DNA of 64,000 nucleotides from Patescibacteria group bacterium (lineage in GTDB: Bacteria; Patescibacteriota; Patescibacteriia; 2-12-FULL-57-11), in contig SCUL01000002.1 in NCBI GenBank assembly GCA_004297205.1, forward strand, positions 6,429 through 70,428, written 5' to 3'. The notes beneath the pieces were generated by a model. It ran no database searches, was not told where the DNA came from, and worked only from the letters and a program-made list of their open reading frames with translations. A program made the position numbers and the translations under genes. This document shows positions 1 through 8,448 of the stretch, in pieces. Position 1 is the first letter of the stretch, and every line of letters begins with the position of its first letter.

Positions 1-96
1 GACGCGGGCGGGACATTCCTGCAAGAGGACGTTCACGGTCCGAAACTCGAAAAACTGTTCGTCGAACTCGCGGATAAACTGAAACGGATGGCCTGA
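1..96 (+). CDS. 3' end of a CDS running in from the left edge, function unknown
   Basis: Open frame from base 1 (DAGGTFLQEDVHGPKLEKLFVELADKLKRMA) to TGA at 94-96, one base before the next ATG. Confidence 0.6.
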   Translation, partial: DAGGTFLQEDVHGPKLEKLFVELADKLKRMA

Positions 97-97
97 T

Positions 98-514
98 ATG
101 CAGCGCTACGAGATCAATGAGACGCCGGCCGGACTGCGCATCGTCGCCATCGGCTCGACGCGGGCCGGACTGGCCATCGCCGCGCTCCAGGGATTGTTCG
201 CGGTCCAGCATCCGTCCGAAGTGGCTTCTGAGGAAGCGGCGCAGGATCGCGAACACCCGTTCGCGCTGAAAGGGGCGAACTTCGCCGAGCTGCTGGAGAA
301 GCTGCTGCAAGGCGGGCTGGAGCAGGCCGTGAAAAACGGCGAGACCTACAACCACTTCCGTTTCGACTTGATCACCGACCGCGAGGTCAAAGGCGCCTGG
401 GTCGGCCGCGCCGCCGAACTGGCCACGCCGGTCAAAGGCGTCACCGTGGCCGAGGGCAGCGTCAGCAAACGGGAAGACGGCGCCTGGGGCGCGGAGTTGG
501 TCATCGAGGAATAA
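98..514 (+). CDS. Archease-like (SHS2-fold) protein, divergent
   Basis: 138 aa. N-terminal YEI..T.AGLRIVAIG.T and C-terminal VKGVT...G.WGAELVI follow the archease pattern, but the HTAD and KAVTYH motifs are altered. Confidence 0.6.
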   Translation: MQRYEINETPAGLRIVAIGSTRAGLAIAALQGLFAVQHPSEVASEEAAQDREHPFALKGANFAELLEKLLQGGLEQAVKNGETYNHFRFDLITDREVKGAWVGRAAELATPVKGVTVAEGSVSKREDGAWGAELVIEE

Positions 515-528
515 GCCATCACGAAGCC

Positions 529-933
529 ATGCCTGAATCGAAAAAATGGGAGAAAAGCGCCGAGGAATGGAAAAAGGAGCTGGGCGCGGACACCTACCGG
601 ATCACCCGCGAGGGCGGGACGGAGGCCCCGTTCAGCGGCGCCTATTGGGACTCGCACGAGAAGGGGATGTTCCTGTGCTCGAATTGCGGGGCCGAGCTAT
701 TCTCCTCCGACACCAAGTTCGACTCCGGCACCGGCTGGCCGTCCTTCGACCGCCCGGCGGACCGCGAAGCCGTCGAACTGCGCGAGGACCGCTCCGGCGG
801 CATGGTGCGCACGGAAGTCCTCTGCAAGCGCTGCGGCGCCCATCTTGGCCACGTCTTCGAGGACGGGCCGACGGAGACCTGCAAGCGCTTCTGCATCAAC
901 AGCGCGGCATTGAAACTTGAAAAGAAAACATAA
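529..933 (+). CDS. msrB: Peptide-methionine (R)-S-oxide reductase MsrB
   Basis: GTEAPFSG, CxxC, KFDSGTGWPSF, RTEVLCKRCGAHLGHVFEDGP and RFCINS motifs. Confidence 0.97.
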   Translation: MPESKKWEKSAEEWKKELGADTYRITREGGTEAPFSGAYWDSHEKGMFLCSNCGAELFSSDTKFDSGTGWPSFDRPADREAVELREDRSGGMVRTEVLCKRCGAHLGHVFEDGPTETCKRFCINSAALKLEKKT

Positions 934-944
934 CCGTTTTTCGT

Positions 945-1109
945 ATGATGGGATATTGGGGGAACATGATGGGTTACGGCGCGGGATCCGGCGGCTTCCT
1001 GCTGGCGGGGCTGTTTGCCTGGATCTGGGCGGTTGTTTGGACGGTGAACTCCGTCCTGATCATGCTCGTTCTGATCAAACTCTACGAGCGTCTCAGCAAG
1101 AAGAAATAG
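945..1109 (+). CDS. Small Met/Gly-rich single-pass membrane protein (54 aa, absent from the ORF track)
   Basis: MMGYWGNMMGYGAGSGGFLLAGLFAWIWAVVWTVNSVLIMLVLIKLYERLSKKK; starts 11 nt after msrB and ends just before a terminator. Confidence 0.75.
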   Translation: MMGYWGNMMGYGAGSGGFLLAGLFAWIWAVVWTVNSVLIMLVLIKLYERLSKKK

Positions 1110-1120
1110 CCCTGGATACG

Positions 1121-1149
1121 CAAAACCCCCGCCATTGGCGGGGGTTTTG
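1121..1149. terminator. Bidirectional intrinsic terminator
   Basis: CAAAACCCCCGCC-ATT-GGCGGGGGTTTTG perfect hairpin with A/T tracts on both sides. Confidence 0.85.
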
Positions 1150-1248
1150 ACTACCAGATCAGACAAGCACGACCGGTACAAACCTCCAAAAAACGCAGCG
1201 AAAGGCCAAACTATGTGACTTTTTCCTTTGTGTCGTTTCTTCAGGTAA
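1121..1248 (-). ncRNA. Candidate small structured RNA (~130 nt)
   Basis: Lies between a near-consensus minus-strand promoter (1255-1283) and the 1121-1149 terminator; no credible CDS; can form a long imperfect hairpin. Confidence 0.5.
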
Positions 1249-1254
1249 GAGGGG

Positions 1255-1283
1255 ATAATAGCACAGTTTCCCCCTTTTGTCAA
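1255..1283 (-). promoter_or_regulatory. Sigma70-type promoter
   Basis: TTGACA-17 nt-TATTAT with extended -10 TG on the minus strand. Confidence 0.75.
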
Positions 1284-1310
1284 GCCTGCCCCGAGGGCGC
1301 GTCGAAGGGT

Positions 1311-2618
1311 CTACTGAATCGCCGCTGTCACCGCCGATGCGCGTTCGCGGATGGCGTCGCGGATCTTCCGCAGTTTGAGGACGTAGTTCATGGTCTCCAG
1401 TTTGAGGCGGGAACGGGTGCGCACGATGGAGCGTTCCTGGGGGTTCAGATTTTCGGCCCACACCTGCATGGCTTTGGCGACGATCGGGTAACCGCCGTTG
1501 TAGGAGGCGGCCAGGTATTCCTGCACCAGGTCGCGCTGGGTGCCGTAGTTGGCCACCGTCGTATCCGGCAGGCGGGAGTGGATGTAGTCGAGGTAGGCGA
1601 CTTGGGCGCGGATGGCGTTGTTGGGGTCCGAGAGACCGGCGTCGAAGTCCGGATGCAATTTGAGTTCCGGTTTGCTGGCCACGAACTTGTAGGTCGAGGG
1701 AATGAACTGCGCCAGACCGAAGGCCCCGGCGGACGAACGGGAGAAGTTGTACGAGGAGGATTCGTTGGCGGCCAGCACGACGTAGAACGCCTCCAGGCTT
1801 TCACGCGGGAACTTCTGCACCGCGTTGGTGTCCAAGTGCTCGATGGCGAGAATGGCCGTGACCAGTTCCTTGTCCACGGCGTCGGACAGCAGCAGGCCGT
1901 CGAAGGCCAGCGAGGCCACGCCGTTTTCGCGCAGGACGTCGTAGGCGCCGTTGACCTGTTCCTTGAGCCAGCGCTCGCCGTAGGCCGCCATCTCCGGCGT
2001 GTTGATGGCCGCGGAGTAGGGGACGTACGAGACTTCGCGGATTTCGTATTTCGGCGCCGCCGCGGTGCCGACGCTCTTGTAGATCGGGTAACGGACGCCG
2101 ACGACGATTTCTCCGTCGCTGCCGGCGACGCTGTAGGTCGAATTGACGCCGTTGGTGCGCAGCACTTTGACGTCGTTCCCGCCGTCCTTCTGCGTCAGCG
2201 ACGTGCCGCGCTTGCGCGCCTCGACGTAGCGGATGGCGTCCGTCGTCGGGTTCCAGATCGCGAGCGTCACGTCGCGCGTGTCGGCTTCCTCCGCGGCGTA
2301 CTGCGGTTCCGCGGGCGCGCCGGCGGTGATGCGCGACTGCAATTCGGTACGGGCGCGTTCGATGGCCGCCTTGAGCGGGAACAGCACGGGCGCCGTGCCC
2401 GTCGCGGTTGCGGGGGTGCTCGTGGCGATCGGGCCCAGGCCGGGCACTGCGGCGGCGAGCGCCTCCAGCGACGGCGCGCGGTTGCGCGAAGCCGGGTGGA
2501 AGTACGTTCCGTCCGCCATCTGGAAGACGCCCGGCGGCAGCGCGCCGGCATGCACCGGCAGCGCGCCTGTCAGGGCGGCGGCGCAGAGCGCAGGGACGAG
2601 GAAATACGAACGTTTCAT
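1311..2618 (-). CDS. Secreted lytic transglycosylase (SLT-domain) protein
   Basis: Start reassigned to MKRSYFLVPALCAAAL (signal peptide); SSAGAFGLAQFIPSTY and LAASYNGG SLT motifs. Confidence 0.8.
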   Translation of the reverse strand: MKRSYFLVPALCAAALTGALPVHAGALPPGVFQMADGTYFHPASRNRAPSLEALAAAVPGLGPIATSTPATATGTAPVLFPLKAAIERARTELQSRITAGAPAEPQYAAEEADTRDVTLAIWNPTTDAIRYVEARKRGTSLTQKDGGNDVKVLRTNGVNSTYSVAGSDGEIVVGVRYPIYKSVGTAAAPKYEIREVSYVPYSAAINTPEMAAYGERWLKEQVNGAYDVLRENGVASLAFDGLLLSDAVDKELVTAILAIEHLDTNAVQKFPRESLEAFYVVLAANESSSYNFSRSSAGAFGLAQFIPSTYKFVASKPELKLHPDFDAGLSDPNNAIRAQVAYLDYIHSRLPDTTVANYGTQRDLVQEYLAASYNGGYPIVAKAMQVWAENLNPQERSIVRTRSRLKLETMNYVLKLRKIRDAIRERASAVTAAIQ

Positions 2619-2652
2619 CCCAAAAAGAATAGCATATCGCGCCGCGGGAGGT

Positions 2653-3282
2653 CTACCGATTCCGCGGCTTTGAAGGAAACGTCTCGAGATTTCCGGCGGC
2701 GCGTTCCACCGGGTCGGCCGGACGCAGCCGGGCGCGTTGCCGCGGGGTGAGCAGCGGCAGATGGCGGACGTCGGCCAGGTGTTCCGGAACGAACCAGACG
2801 TCGTCCGGGGACGAGATCCAGTTCCGACGGTCGAAGCGGGACAGATCGACCGGATTGCTGTACGAGCGCAACGTCTTTCGTCCGGCCGCGTCCACGTATT
2901 CATGGAAATAGGAGAGCACGAGTTCACGGATCGTCCGGTAGATGGGATCGCGCCAGCGCAGCATGGCGTGGTTGGTCTTGGAGACGGCGCCCCAGTGGCC
3001 GCGCTCACGGAAGACGGCGATGACGTGGTCGTCGTCGTGCGGCGCGCTTTCCAGGTCCACGACGAGCGGCTGCCGTCCTTGGAGGCGCAGCGCCGTGGCC
3101 GCCAGCATGGCGCCTTCCATGCAGAAGGCGGCGCCTTCGCGCAGCACCTGGCGCGGCGAGCGGCAGCGCTGCGGGCGTTCGCCGAACGGCATGGGAATCG
3201 CTTCGAGGAAATCCTGCACCTTGCGCGGCGTGTCGAGCGCCGCGAGGAGCCGCGTTTCCTGCGTGGTGAGTCCGTACGCCAT
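2653..3282 (-). CDS. Conserved hypothetical protein, transglutaminase/cysteine-protease-like
   Basis: CRSPRQVL..G.AFCMEGAMLAA, DDDHVIAVF, WGAVSKTNH..LR.RDP.Y; candidate Cys/His catalytic residues. Confidence 0.65.
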   Translation of the reverse strand: MAYGLTTQETRLLAALDTPRKVQDFLEAIPMPFGERPQRCRSPRQVLREGAAFCMEGAMLAATALRLQGRQPLVVDLESAPHDDDHVIAVFRERGHWGAVSKTNHAMLRWRDPIYRTIRELVLSYFHEYVDAAGRKTLRSYSNPVDLSRFDRRNWISSPDDVWFVPEHLADVRHLPLLTPRQRARLRPADPVERAAGNLETFPSKPRNR

Positions 3283-3300
3283 GCCGGGGGACAAAAGAGG

Positions 3301-4602
3301 TCAGGTTCGGCGCGGAGGTGCTCTCCGCAAACTCAGGAACAGATCGGAGACGTTGACGCCGGTGACGCCCGTGAGGATGGCGTCGCCGGTTTTTTCGAAG
3401 AAGGCGAAGGAATCGTTGCGGACCAGGAACGCGGCGGGGGAGAGCCGCCCGCGGGCGGCGTGGGCGCGCGTCACGGCGTCCGCGATCGCGCCGGCATGGG
3501 GGCCGTTGTCGATGCCGTCCGAGGCGCAGGCCAGTACCAGGCCGTCATCCGGGAGGGAGGCGAGCGCGCCGAGCGCGGCCTCCTGGTTGCGCCCGCCGCG
3601 GCCCTTGCCGCGCAACGTGACGGTGGTTTCCCCGGCCGCGATCAGCGCTTCTCCGGGACGCGGAAGGTCCGCCAGCAGGCGGCCGACGTCGCGGGCTTCG
3701 CCGGTCAGCGCCGTCGAAAAGACGCGCGCGCGGTAGCCGCGGCGCCGCGCTTCGTGGCGCATGGCCGCCGCTGCCAACGCGTTGCTGGCGACGAGCACGT
3801 TCGTCACGCGGCGGAAGAACAGCGGATCCTTGGGCGTTTCAATGACCTCGCAATGGGGAAGGCGGCAGGTGCGGAGCGTGTGGTACTTGGTCAGGATGCG
3901 CCGCGCGTCGGCAGCCGTCGTCGTGTCCAGATACGTCGGGCCGGACGCGACTATCGGCAGGTCGTCGCCGGGGACGTCGGAAAAGACCAGTCCGAGAACG
4001 GTCGCGGGATGGGCGAGCCGTGCCAGCTGGCCGCCCTGGATTTCGGAGAGGTGTTTGCGAACGGTGTTGAGTTCCTGGATGGTCGCGCCCTTGGCCATCA
4101 GCGCGCGGGTCAGCGCGGAGATGTCGTCGCACTTGAGTTTGTGCGGCCAACACAGCAGCGCGGATCCGCCGCCGGAAACCACCACGATGACCAGGTCGCG
4201 GGAGTCGACATGCTTGAGCAGTCCCATGATTTCTCCCGTGGCCTGCATGTTCGGCAGGGACGGGAAGGGGTGGGAACCGGCGATGCTCTTGATCCTGCGG
4301 GTGCGGACGTGTTGGACGTCGAGCGCGATGCCGCCCGTGAGATGCGGCCCCAGGATGCGCTCCAGCGCCAGCGCGCTCCGGGCCGCCGCCTTGCCGATGC
4401 CGATCACGTACACGTGACGGTAGCGGTCGAGGCGGAAGCGTTTCCCTCCGGCCCGCAGCACGTCGCCGTCGCGTCGCACGGCGCGCCGCAACGCCAGCCC
4501 GCTGTCCACGGCGCGGATGCCGGCCTCAAGAATGGCCAGGGCATCGCGTCGCAGGGGAGTGACCGCCAGCGTTTTTCGATTTTTGACGATGGATGCGGGC
4601 AT
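3301..4602 (-). CDS. Glycerate kinase type 2 (DUF4147/MOFRL family)
   Basis: IGIGKAA, GSHPFP, VSGGGSAL, ELNTVRKHLS.IQGG.LA, SDVPGDD...ASGPT, GETTV, GGRNQE, DGIDN, TGVNVSD. Confidence 0.92.
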   Translation of the reverse strand: MPASIVKNRKTLAVTPLRRDALAILEAGIRAVDSGLALRRAVRRDGDVLRAGGKRFRLDRYRHVYVIGIGKAAARSALALERILGPHLTGGIALDVQHVRTRRIKSIAGSHPFPSLPNMQATGEIMGLLKHVDSRDLVIVVVSGGGSALLCWPHKLKCDDISALTRALMAKGATIQELNTVRKHLSEIQGGQLARLAHPATVLGLVFSDVPGDDLPIVASGPTYLDTTTAADARRILTKYHTLRTCRLPHCEVIETPKDPLFFRRVTNVLVASNALAAAAMRHEARRRGYRARVFSTALTGEARDVGRLLADLPRPGEALIAAGETTVTLRGKGRGGRNQEAALGALASLPDDGLVLACASDGIDNGPHAGAIADAVTRAHAARGRLSPAAFLVRNDSFAFFEKTGDAILTGVTGVNVSDLFLSLRRAPPRRT

Positions 4603-4701
4603 GGGAGTCGCTCCAATTGTCCCACGTCGGACGGGACGCCACAACCGCGGGACTTGCCTTTTTTCAGGGGGTAGGGTGATGTGCCCGCACAGGGGTGTCC
4701 C

Positions 4702-5349
4702 ATGGCAACGTCGCGTTCCAGCGGACAGGTCATGATCCGCAATGTCATTCAACAGACCGGCGCGGAGTGGGACGGCCACTTCAAGATCGGTGACTATCAC
4801 AGCCGCAGCTGGATCAGCGACAAGCTGATTTTGGCGAAGGCGCCGCACCTGGCCAACCTCTGCCGCTACCTGGCAACGCAGGTGCTGGCATGGAACTGTG
4901 GTACGCCGGATGCGGTCGTCGGCCTGGCGCCGGAAGGCATCGCGTTGGCGCAGGGCGTCGGCGCAACGCTGGCAGCGCACTTCATGAATATGCGCAGCGG
5001 CGAGGAGGTGGCGGACCGGTTCGTCAGCCTCTACATGGACGAACAGTACGTCCTGCCGTCGGAGTACGAGGCGCTGCTCGGCGGACGAAACGTGGTCATC
5101 GTCCAGAGCGTGATCCACAGCGGAAAAGTGACGGCGCGCGTCATGGACGTCGTCCGCAGCCGCGGCGGCACGGTCATCGCCGTCGCGTCGCTGATCACGC
5201 GCGGTCGGGAGACGCGCCAGACGATCGGGAACGTCCCGGTCATCGCGCTGTACGACTATTCGGCGGAGGACTGGCCGGAGGCCGCGTGTCCGCTCTGCGC
5301 GGAGGGCGTGCCGATCACCGATCCGAAGAAGATGCGCCCCGCGTCGTAG
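4702..5349 (+). CDS. PyrE-like type I phosphoribosyltransferase with degenerate PRPP-binding loop
   Basis: GHFKIG..HS, VVGLAPEGIALA and C-terminal DWPEAACPLC; PRPP loop reads VVIVQSVIHSG instead of VVEDVxTTG. Confidence 0.75.
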   Translation: MATSRSSGQVMIRNVIQQTGAEWDGHFKIGDYHSRSWISDKLILAKAPHLANLCRYLATQVLAWNCGTPDAVVGLAPEGIALAQGVGATLAAHFMNMRSGEEVADRFVSLYMDEQYVLPSEYEALLGGRNVVIVQSVIHSGKVTARVMDVVRSRGGTVIAVASLITRGRETRQTIGNVPVIALYDYSAEDWPEAACPLCAEGVPITDPKKMRPAS

Positions 5350-5401
5350 CGGGTGCGGAACGTTCCCTCGACTCGATGACGTGAAGTCCTCTTGCTCGGG
5401 A

Positions 5402-5429
5402 CGACGCCCAAGATGGCGTCGCTTTTTTT
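5402..5429 (+). terminator. Intrinsic terminator
   Basis: CGACGCC-CAAGAT-GGCGTCG followed by a T run. Confidence 0.75.
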
Positions 5430-5478
5430 CTTGCGTTTTGAACGCGCTTCGTGTGAAGTGTCGCCTCAGGAGGCAGGA

Positions 5479-6171
5479 ATGGAATCATCAGAGGCAGACG
5501 AAAGGGAATCGTATCTGTATGAGCGGTTCGATCGCGATCTGCTCGAGACCGGCGCGCGGCTGAAGGGGCACTTCAAGCTGCGCAGCGGCCGGTGCGGTGC
5601 GGATTTCTTTCAGATCGCGATGCTCGCGCGCAAGCCCCTCCGGCTACGGCGCGCGTGTCGCAACCTCGCGCAGCAGATCGTGGCGGGGATGGACCAAGAG
5701 GAGCCGGAGGTGGTGGTCGGTCCCGCGCTCGGCGGCATCTCCATCGCCCACGAGGTCGCCGCGGCGTTGGCTGAGATGGGTTTCGGCGAGCCGGACGCGC
5801 TCTACGCGCAGAAGGCGCGTTTCGATCAGGGGAAGGGGATCTGGGTGCCCGACGAGACGTCGGAGACGTTCCGGCTGCTGCGCGGTTTCGACCGCTTCGT
5901 GCCGCACAAGCGGATCCTCGTCGTCGAGGACGCGCTGACCACCGGCGGCTCCTGCGGGCGGGTCACGACCTGTCTGCGCGAGCTCGAGGCGAACGTCGTG
6001 GCCGTAGCCACCGTGGTCCAGCGCGGCGAGGTGCGCGTGCCGGAGCTCAACGGAGTTCCGATCATCGCGTTCCGGCGGCTCCAGGTCGAGGACTGGGACC
6101 CTGCGGATTGTCCGCAGCGCGAGGCGGACGGCAGCCACCTGCCGTACACGCCGATCCCGGGCAAGAACTGA
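5479..6171 (+). CDS. pyrE: Orotate phosphoribosyltransferase-like protein
   Basis: AGGAGG upstream of ATG 5479; GHFKLRSGR, VVGPALGGI and intact RILVVEDALTTGGS PRPP motif. Confidence 0.75.
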   Translation: MESSEADERESYLYERFDRDLLETGARLKGHFKLRSGRCGADFFQIAMLARKPLRLRRACRNLAQQIVAGMDQEEPEVVVGPALGGISIAHEVAAALAEMGFGEPDALYAQKARFDQGKGIWVPDETSETFRLLRGFDRFVPHKRILVVEDALTTGGSCGRVTTCLRELEANVVAVATVVQRGEVRVPELNGVPIIAFRRLQVEDWDPADCPQREADGSHLPYTPIPGKN

Positions 6172-6187
6172 ACGGGTGAGGGGGGGA

Positions 6188-6212
6188 GACGCCACGAGGC
6201 GTCCCTTTTTTT
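6188..6212 (+). terminator. Intrinsic terminator
   Basis: GACGCC-ACGA-GGCGTC followed by CC and a T run. Confidence 0.7.
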
Positions 6213-6228
6213 ATGATAGAATGCGAGT

Positions 6229-7488
6229 ATGAATTATCTCACGCGGCGGGCGGTCCTGTTCACGGTCATCGCCTTCGTCCTGGCTGTTGCTGCCTGGGGC
6301 GCCTTGATGGTCTGGCAGCGCACGCAGGCACCCGCTGCTCCGCCGGCTGAGGAAGCGGCGTCAACGAGCACCCCGCCCGTCGTCGAAACCATCCCGCCGG
6401 AATCGCAAGGCATGGCCACGAGTTCGCTCGGTCTGACCATCCCGGCCGGTTTCCGCATCGCCGTCTTTGCCGAAAAAATGGACGCGCCGCGCGATCTGAC
6501 GCTCGATGAGCGCGGCACCGTGCTGGTGTCTGACAGCGGCGCCGGAAGCGTACTGGCGTTGCCGGACGCAAACGGCGACGGTCGCGCCGATGAGGTCGTC
6601 TCCATCGTTTCCGGATTGAACCGCCCGCACGGCATCGTCCAGGTCTGCCGGCCGGAGTGCTATTTGTACGTGGCCGAACAAAACGCCCTGCGCCGCTACG
6701 CCTACGATCTGGAGACGCGCCGCGTCTCCGATCCCGCCGTCCTCGCGGAGCTGCCGGCGGGCGGCCGGCACGTGACGCGTTCGCTGCTGTACCTGACGCC
6801 GCCCGAGGGCGACCGGCTGTTGTTGTCCATCGGCTCCAGCTGCGACGTGTGCGAGGAAGAGGATGTCCGGCGCGCCACCGTCCAGGAAGTGAACTTGCAG
6901 ACCGGCGAACTGACGCCCTATGCGACCGGACTGCGCAACAGCGTCTTCCTGGCGCAGCACCCGGTGACCGGCGACATCTGGGCCACGGAGATGGGCCGTG
7001 ACGGTTTGGGCGACGACCTGCCGCCGGACGAGGTCAACATCCTCACCGAGGACCGCAACTACGGTTGGCCGATCTGTTACGGCAAGAACATCCACGACGA
7101 AGAGTTCGACGACAACATCTATATCCGCAATCCCTGCCAGGAACCGACCGAGGCCGCTTCCCGGCTGGACCTGGGCGCGCACGTCGCGCCGCTCGGTCTG
7201 GCCTTCGTTCCGGAAGAAGGCTGGCCGGAAGCCTGGTGGCACAACCTGCTCGTGGCCGAACACGGCACCACGCAGGCCGACGTGCGCCGCGGCTACCGCA
7301 TCGCCCGCGTTCCGCTCGACCCGCACGGCAACCAGGCGGGGGAGCCGGTCGATTTCATCGGCGGCTTTCTGCCGGATCCGGACGGCGACCCGATCGGCCG
7401 CCCGGTCGACCTGTTGATTTTCCCCGGCGGCACGCTGTACGTTTCCGACGACAACGCCGGAGTCGTCTACCGGCTGACCCGCGGGTGA
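6229..7488 (+). CDS. Membrane-anchored PQQ-dependent sugar (glucose/sorbosone) dehydrogenase family beta-propeller
   Basis: N-terminal TM helix; GLNRPHG, GGRH.TR, IGSSCDVC.E, ATGLRN, PPDEVN, NYGWP, AH.APLG, GRPVD, LYVSDD. Confidence 0.88.
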   Translation: MNYLTRRAVLFTVIAFVLAVAAWGALMVWQRTQAPAAPPAEEAASTSTPPVVETIPPESQGMATSSLGLTIPAGFRIAVFAEKMDAPRDLTLDERGTVLVSDSGAGSVLALPDANGDGRADEVVSIVSGLNRPHGIVQVCRPECYLYVAEQNALRRYAYDLETRRVSDPAVLAELPAGGRHVTRSLLYLTPPEGDRLLLSIGSSCDVCEEEDVRRATVQEVNLQTGELTPYATGLRNSVFLAQHPVTGDIWATEMGRDGLGDDLPPDEVNILTEDRNYGWPICYGKNIHDEEFDDNIYIRNPCQEPTEAASRLDLGAHVAPLGLAFVPEEGWPEAWWHNLLVAEHGTTQADVRRGYRIARVPLDPHGNQAGEPVDFIGGFLPDPDGDPIGRPVDLLIFPGGTLYVSDDNAGVVYRLTRG

Positions 7489-7489
7489 C

Positions 7490-7744
7490 ATGCGCACGTT
7501 CGCCGATCGGGTGCGGTCCATCGTGGCCGCCATCCCCAGAGGAAAAACCATGAGTTACGGCCAGGTGGCCGCGGCGGCGGGGAGTCCGGGCGCGGCGCGG
7601 GCCGTGGGGACCATCATGGCGAACAATGCCGACCCGGCCATCCCGTGCCATCGCGTCATCAAGGCCGACGGCACGCCGGGCGGCTATAACGGCCTGCGCG
7701 GGGAGAAGGAGCGGTTGTTGCGCGCGGAAGGGGCCTTATCCTGA
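7490..7744 (+). CDS. MGMT-family methylated-DNA-protein-cysteine methyltransferase (C-terminal domain only)
   Basis: IPRGKTMSYGQVA..AG.PGAARAVG and active-site PCHRV. Confidence 0.9.
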   Translation: MRTFADRVRSIVAAIPRGKTMSYGQVAAAAGSPGAARAVGTIMANNADPAIPCHRVIKADGTPGGYNGLRGEKERLLRAEGALS

Positions 7745-7752
7745 CCATCCCC

Positions 7753-7781
7753 TTGCATTCCCGGGGGATTCGTGCTAGTAT
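7753..7781 (+). promoter_or_regulatory. Sigma70-type promoter of the cold-shock gene
   Basis: TTGCAT-17-TAGTAT with extended -10 TG. Confidence 0.6.
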
Positions 7782-7821
7782 ATCGCCAAGTTATTCTCAA
7801 CAGGCGGTAACGCCAAGCAGT

Positions 7822-8019
7822 ATGCCCAGCGGCAAGATCAAGACGCTCAAGAACGGCTTCGGATTCATCTCCCCGGACGACGGCGGGAAGGACCTCTTCT
7901 TCCACGCCACCGAACTCGCCGGTGTGGAGTTCGCCTCCCTCGCGGAAGGCATGATGGTCTCCTACGAGACCGCGGAGTCCGACAAAGGCCCCAAGGCCGT
8001 TCAGGTCCGCCCGGCGTAA
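7822..8019 (+). CDS. Cold-shock protein (CspA family)
   Basis: GFGFI (RNP1), LFFH (RNP2), KGPKAVQV; 65 aa. Confidence 0.95.
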   Translation: MPSGKIKTLKNGFGFISPDDGGKDLFFHATELAGVEFASLAEGMMVSYETAESDKGPKAVQVRPA

Positions 8020-8035
8020 GCCAAACGCGACCATT

Positions 8036-8063
8036 AAACCCCGCCCCTCCGGGCGGGGTTTTT
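8036..8063 (+). terminator. Intrinsic terminator
   Basis: AAACCCCGCCC-CTCC-GGGCGGGGTTTTT. Confidence 0.85.
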
Positions 8064-8103
8064 GATTGACGGAGACGGCCGCGGCCGCTACCATCATTCG
8101 CGC

Positions 8104-8448
8104 ATGCGACCTGCCGAACTCTCCTTTCCGCGGCTCGTGCTCGTCTGCGGGAACATCCGCGAAGACGGGACCGAGTCCTGCGGCGCCAAGGGCGGCGCCG
8201 AGCTTCACCGTGCGCTCAAGGAGGCCGTGCGGGTCGTCCATCCGGAGATCCGCGTGTCGAAAAGCGGCTGTCTCGGCAACTGCACGTCGGGTCCGTCCGT
8301 GACGATCATGCCGGACGGCGTCTGGCTGGGCGACGTGACGGTCAACGACGTTCCAAAGATCGTGAACTACCTCGGCGGCCACCTCGCGGCGCTCGACGTG
8401 CCGGAAGACAAGCAGTGCTGCGGCGGCGGCTGTTGCAAGATGCCATGA
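8104..8448 (+). CDS. Thioredoxin-like (2Fe-2S) ferredoxin with Cys-rich C-terminal tail
   Basis: VLVC.N.R......C...GG, SGCLGNC..GP...MPDGVW; tail QCCGGGCC; promoter TTGACG-17-TACCAT at 8066-8094. Confidence 0.85.
   Translation: MRPAELSFPRLVLVCGNIREDGTESCGAKGGAELHRALKEAVRVVHPEIRVSKSGCLGNCTSGPSVTIMPDGVWLGDVTVNDVPKIVNYLGGHLAALDVPEDKQCCGGGCCKMP

Noticed and set aside
1121-1248. Identification of the candidate RNA as SRP RNA, 6S RNA, tRNA or a known riboswitch
   Set aside because: No SRP domain IV motif, too short for a typical 6S RNA, no cloverleaf/TTCG arm, and no downstream gene on that strand to regulate.
642-1283. 213-aa minus-strand ORF starting at the TTG of the promoter
   Set aside because: Its start is the -35 box itself, it crosses a terminator, and it runs antisense to msrB.
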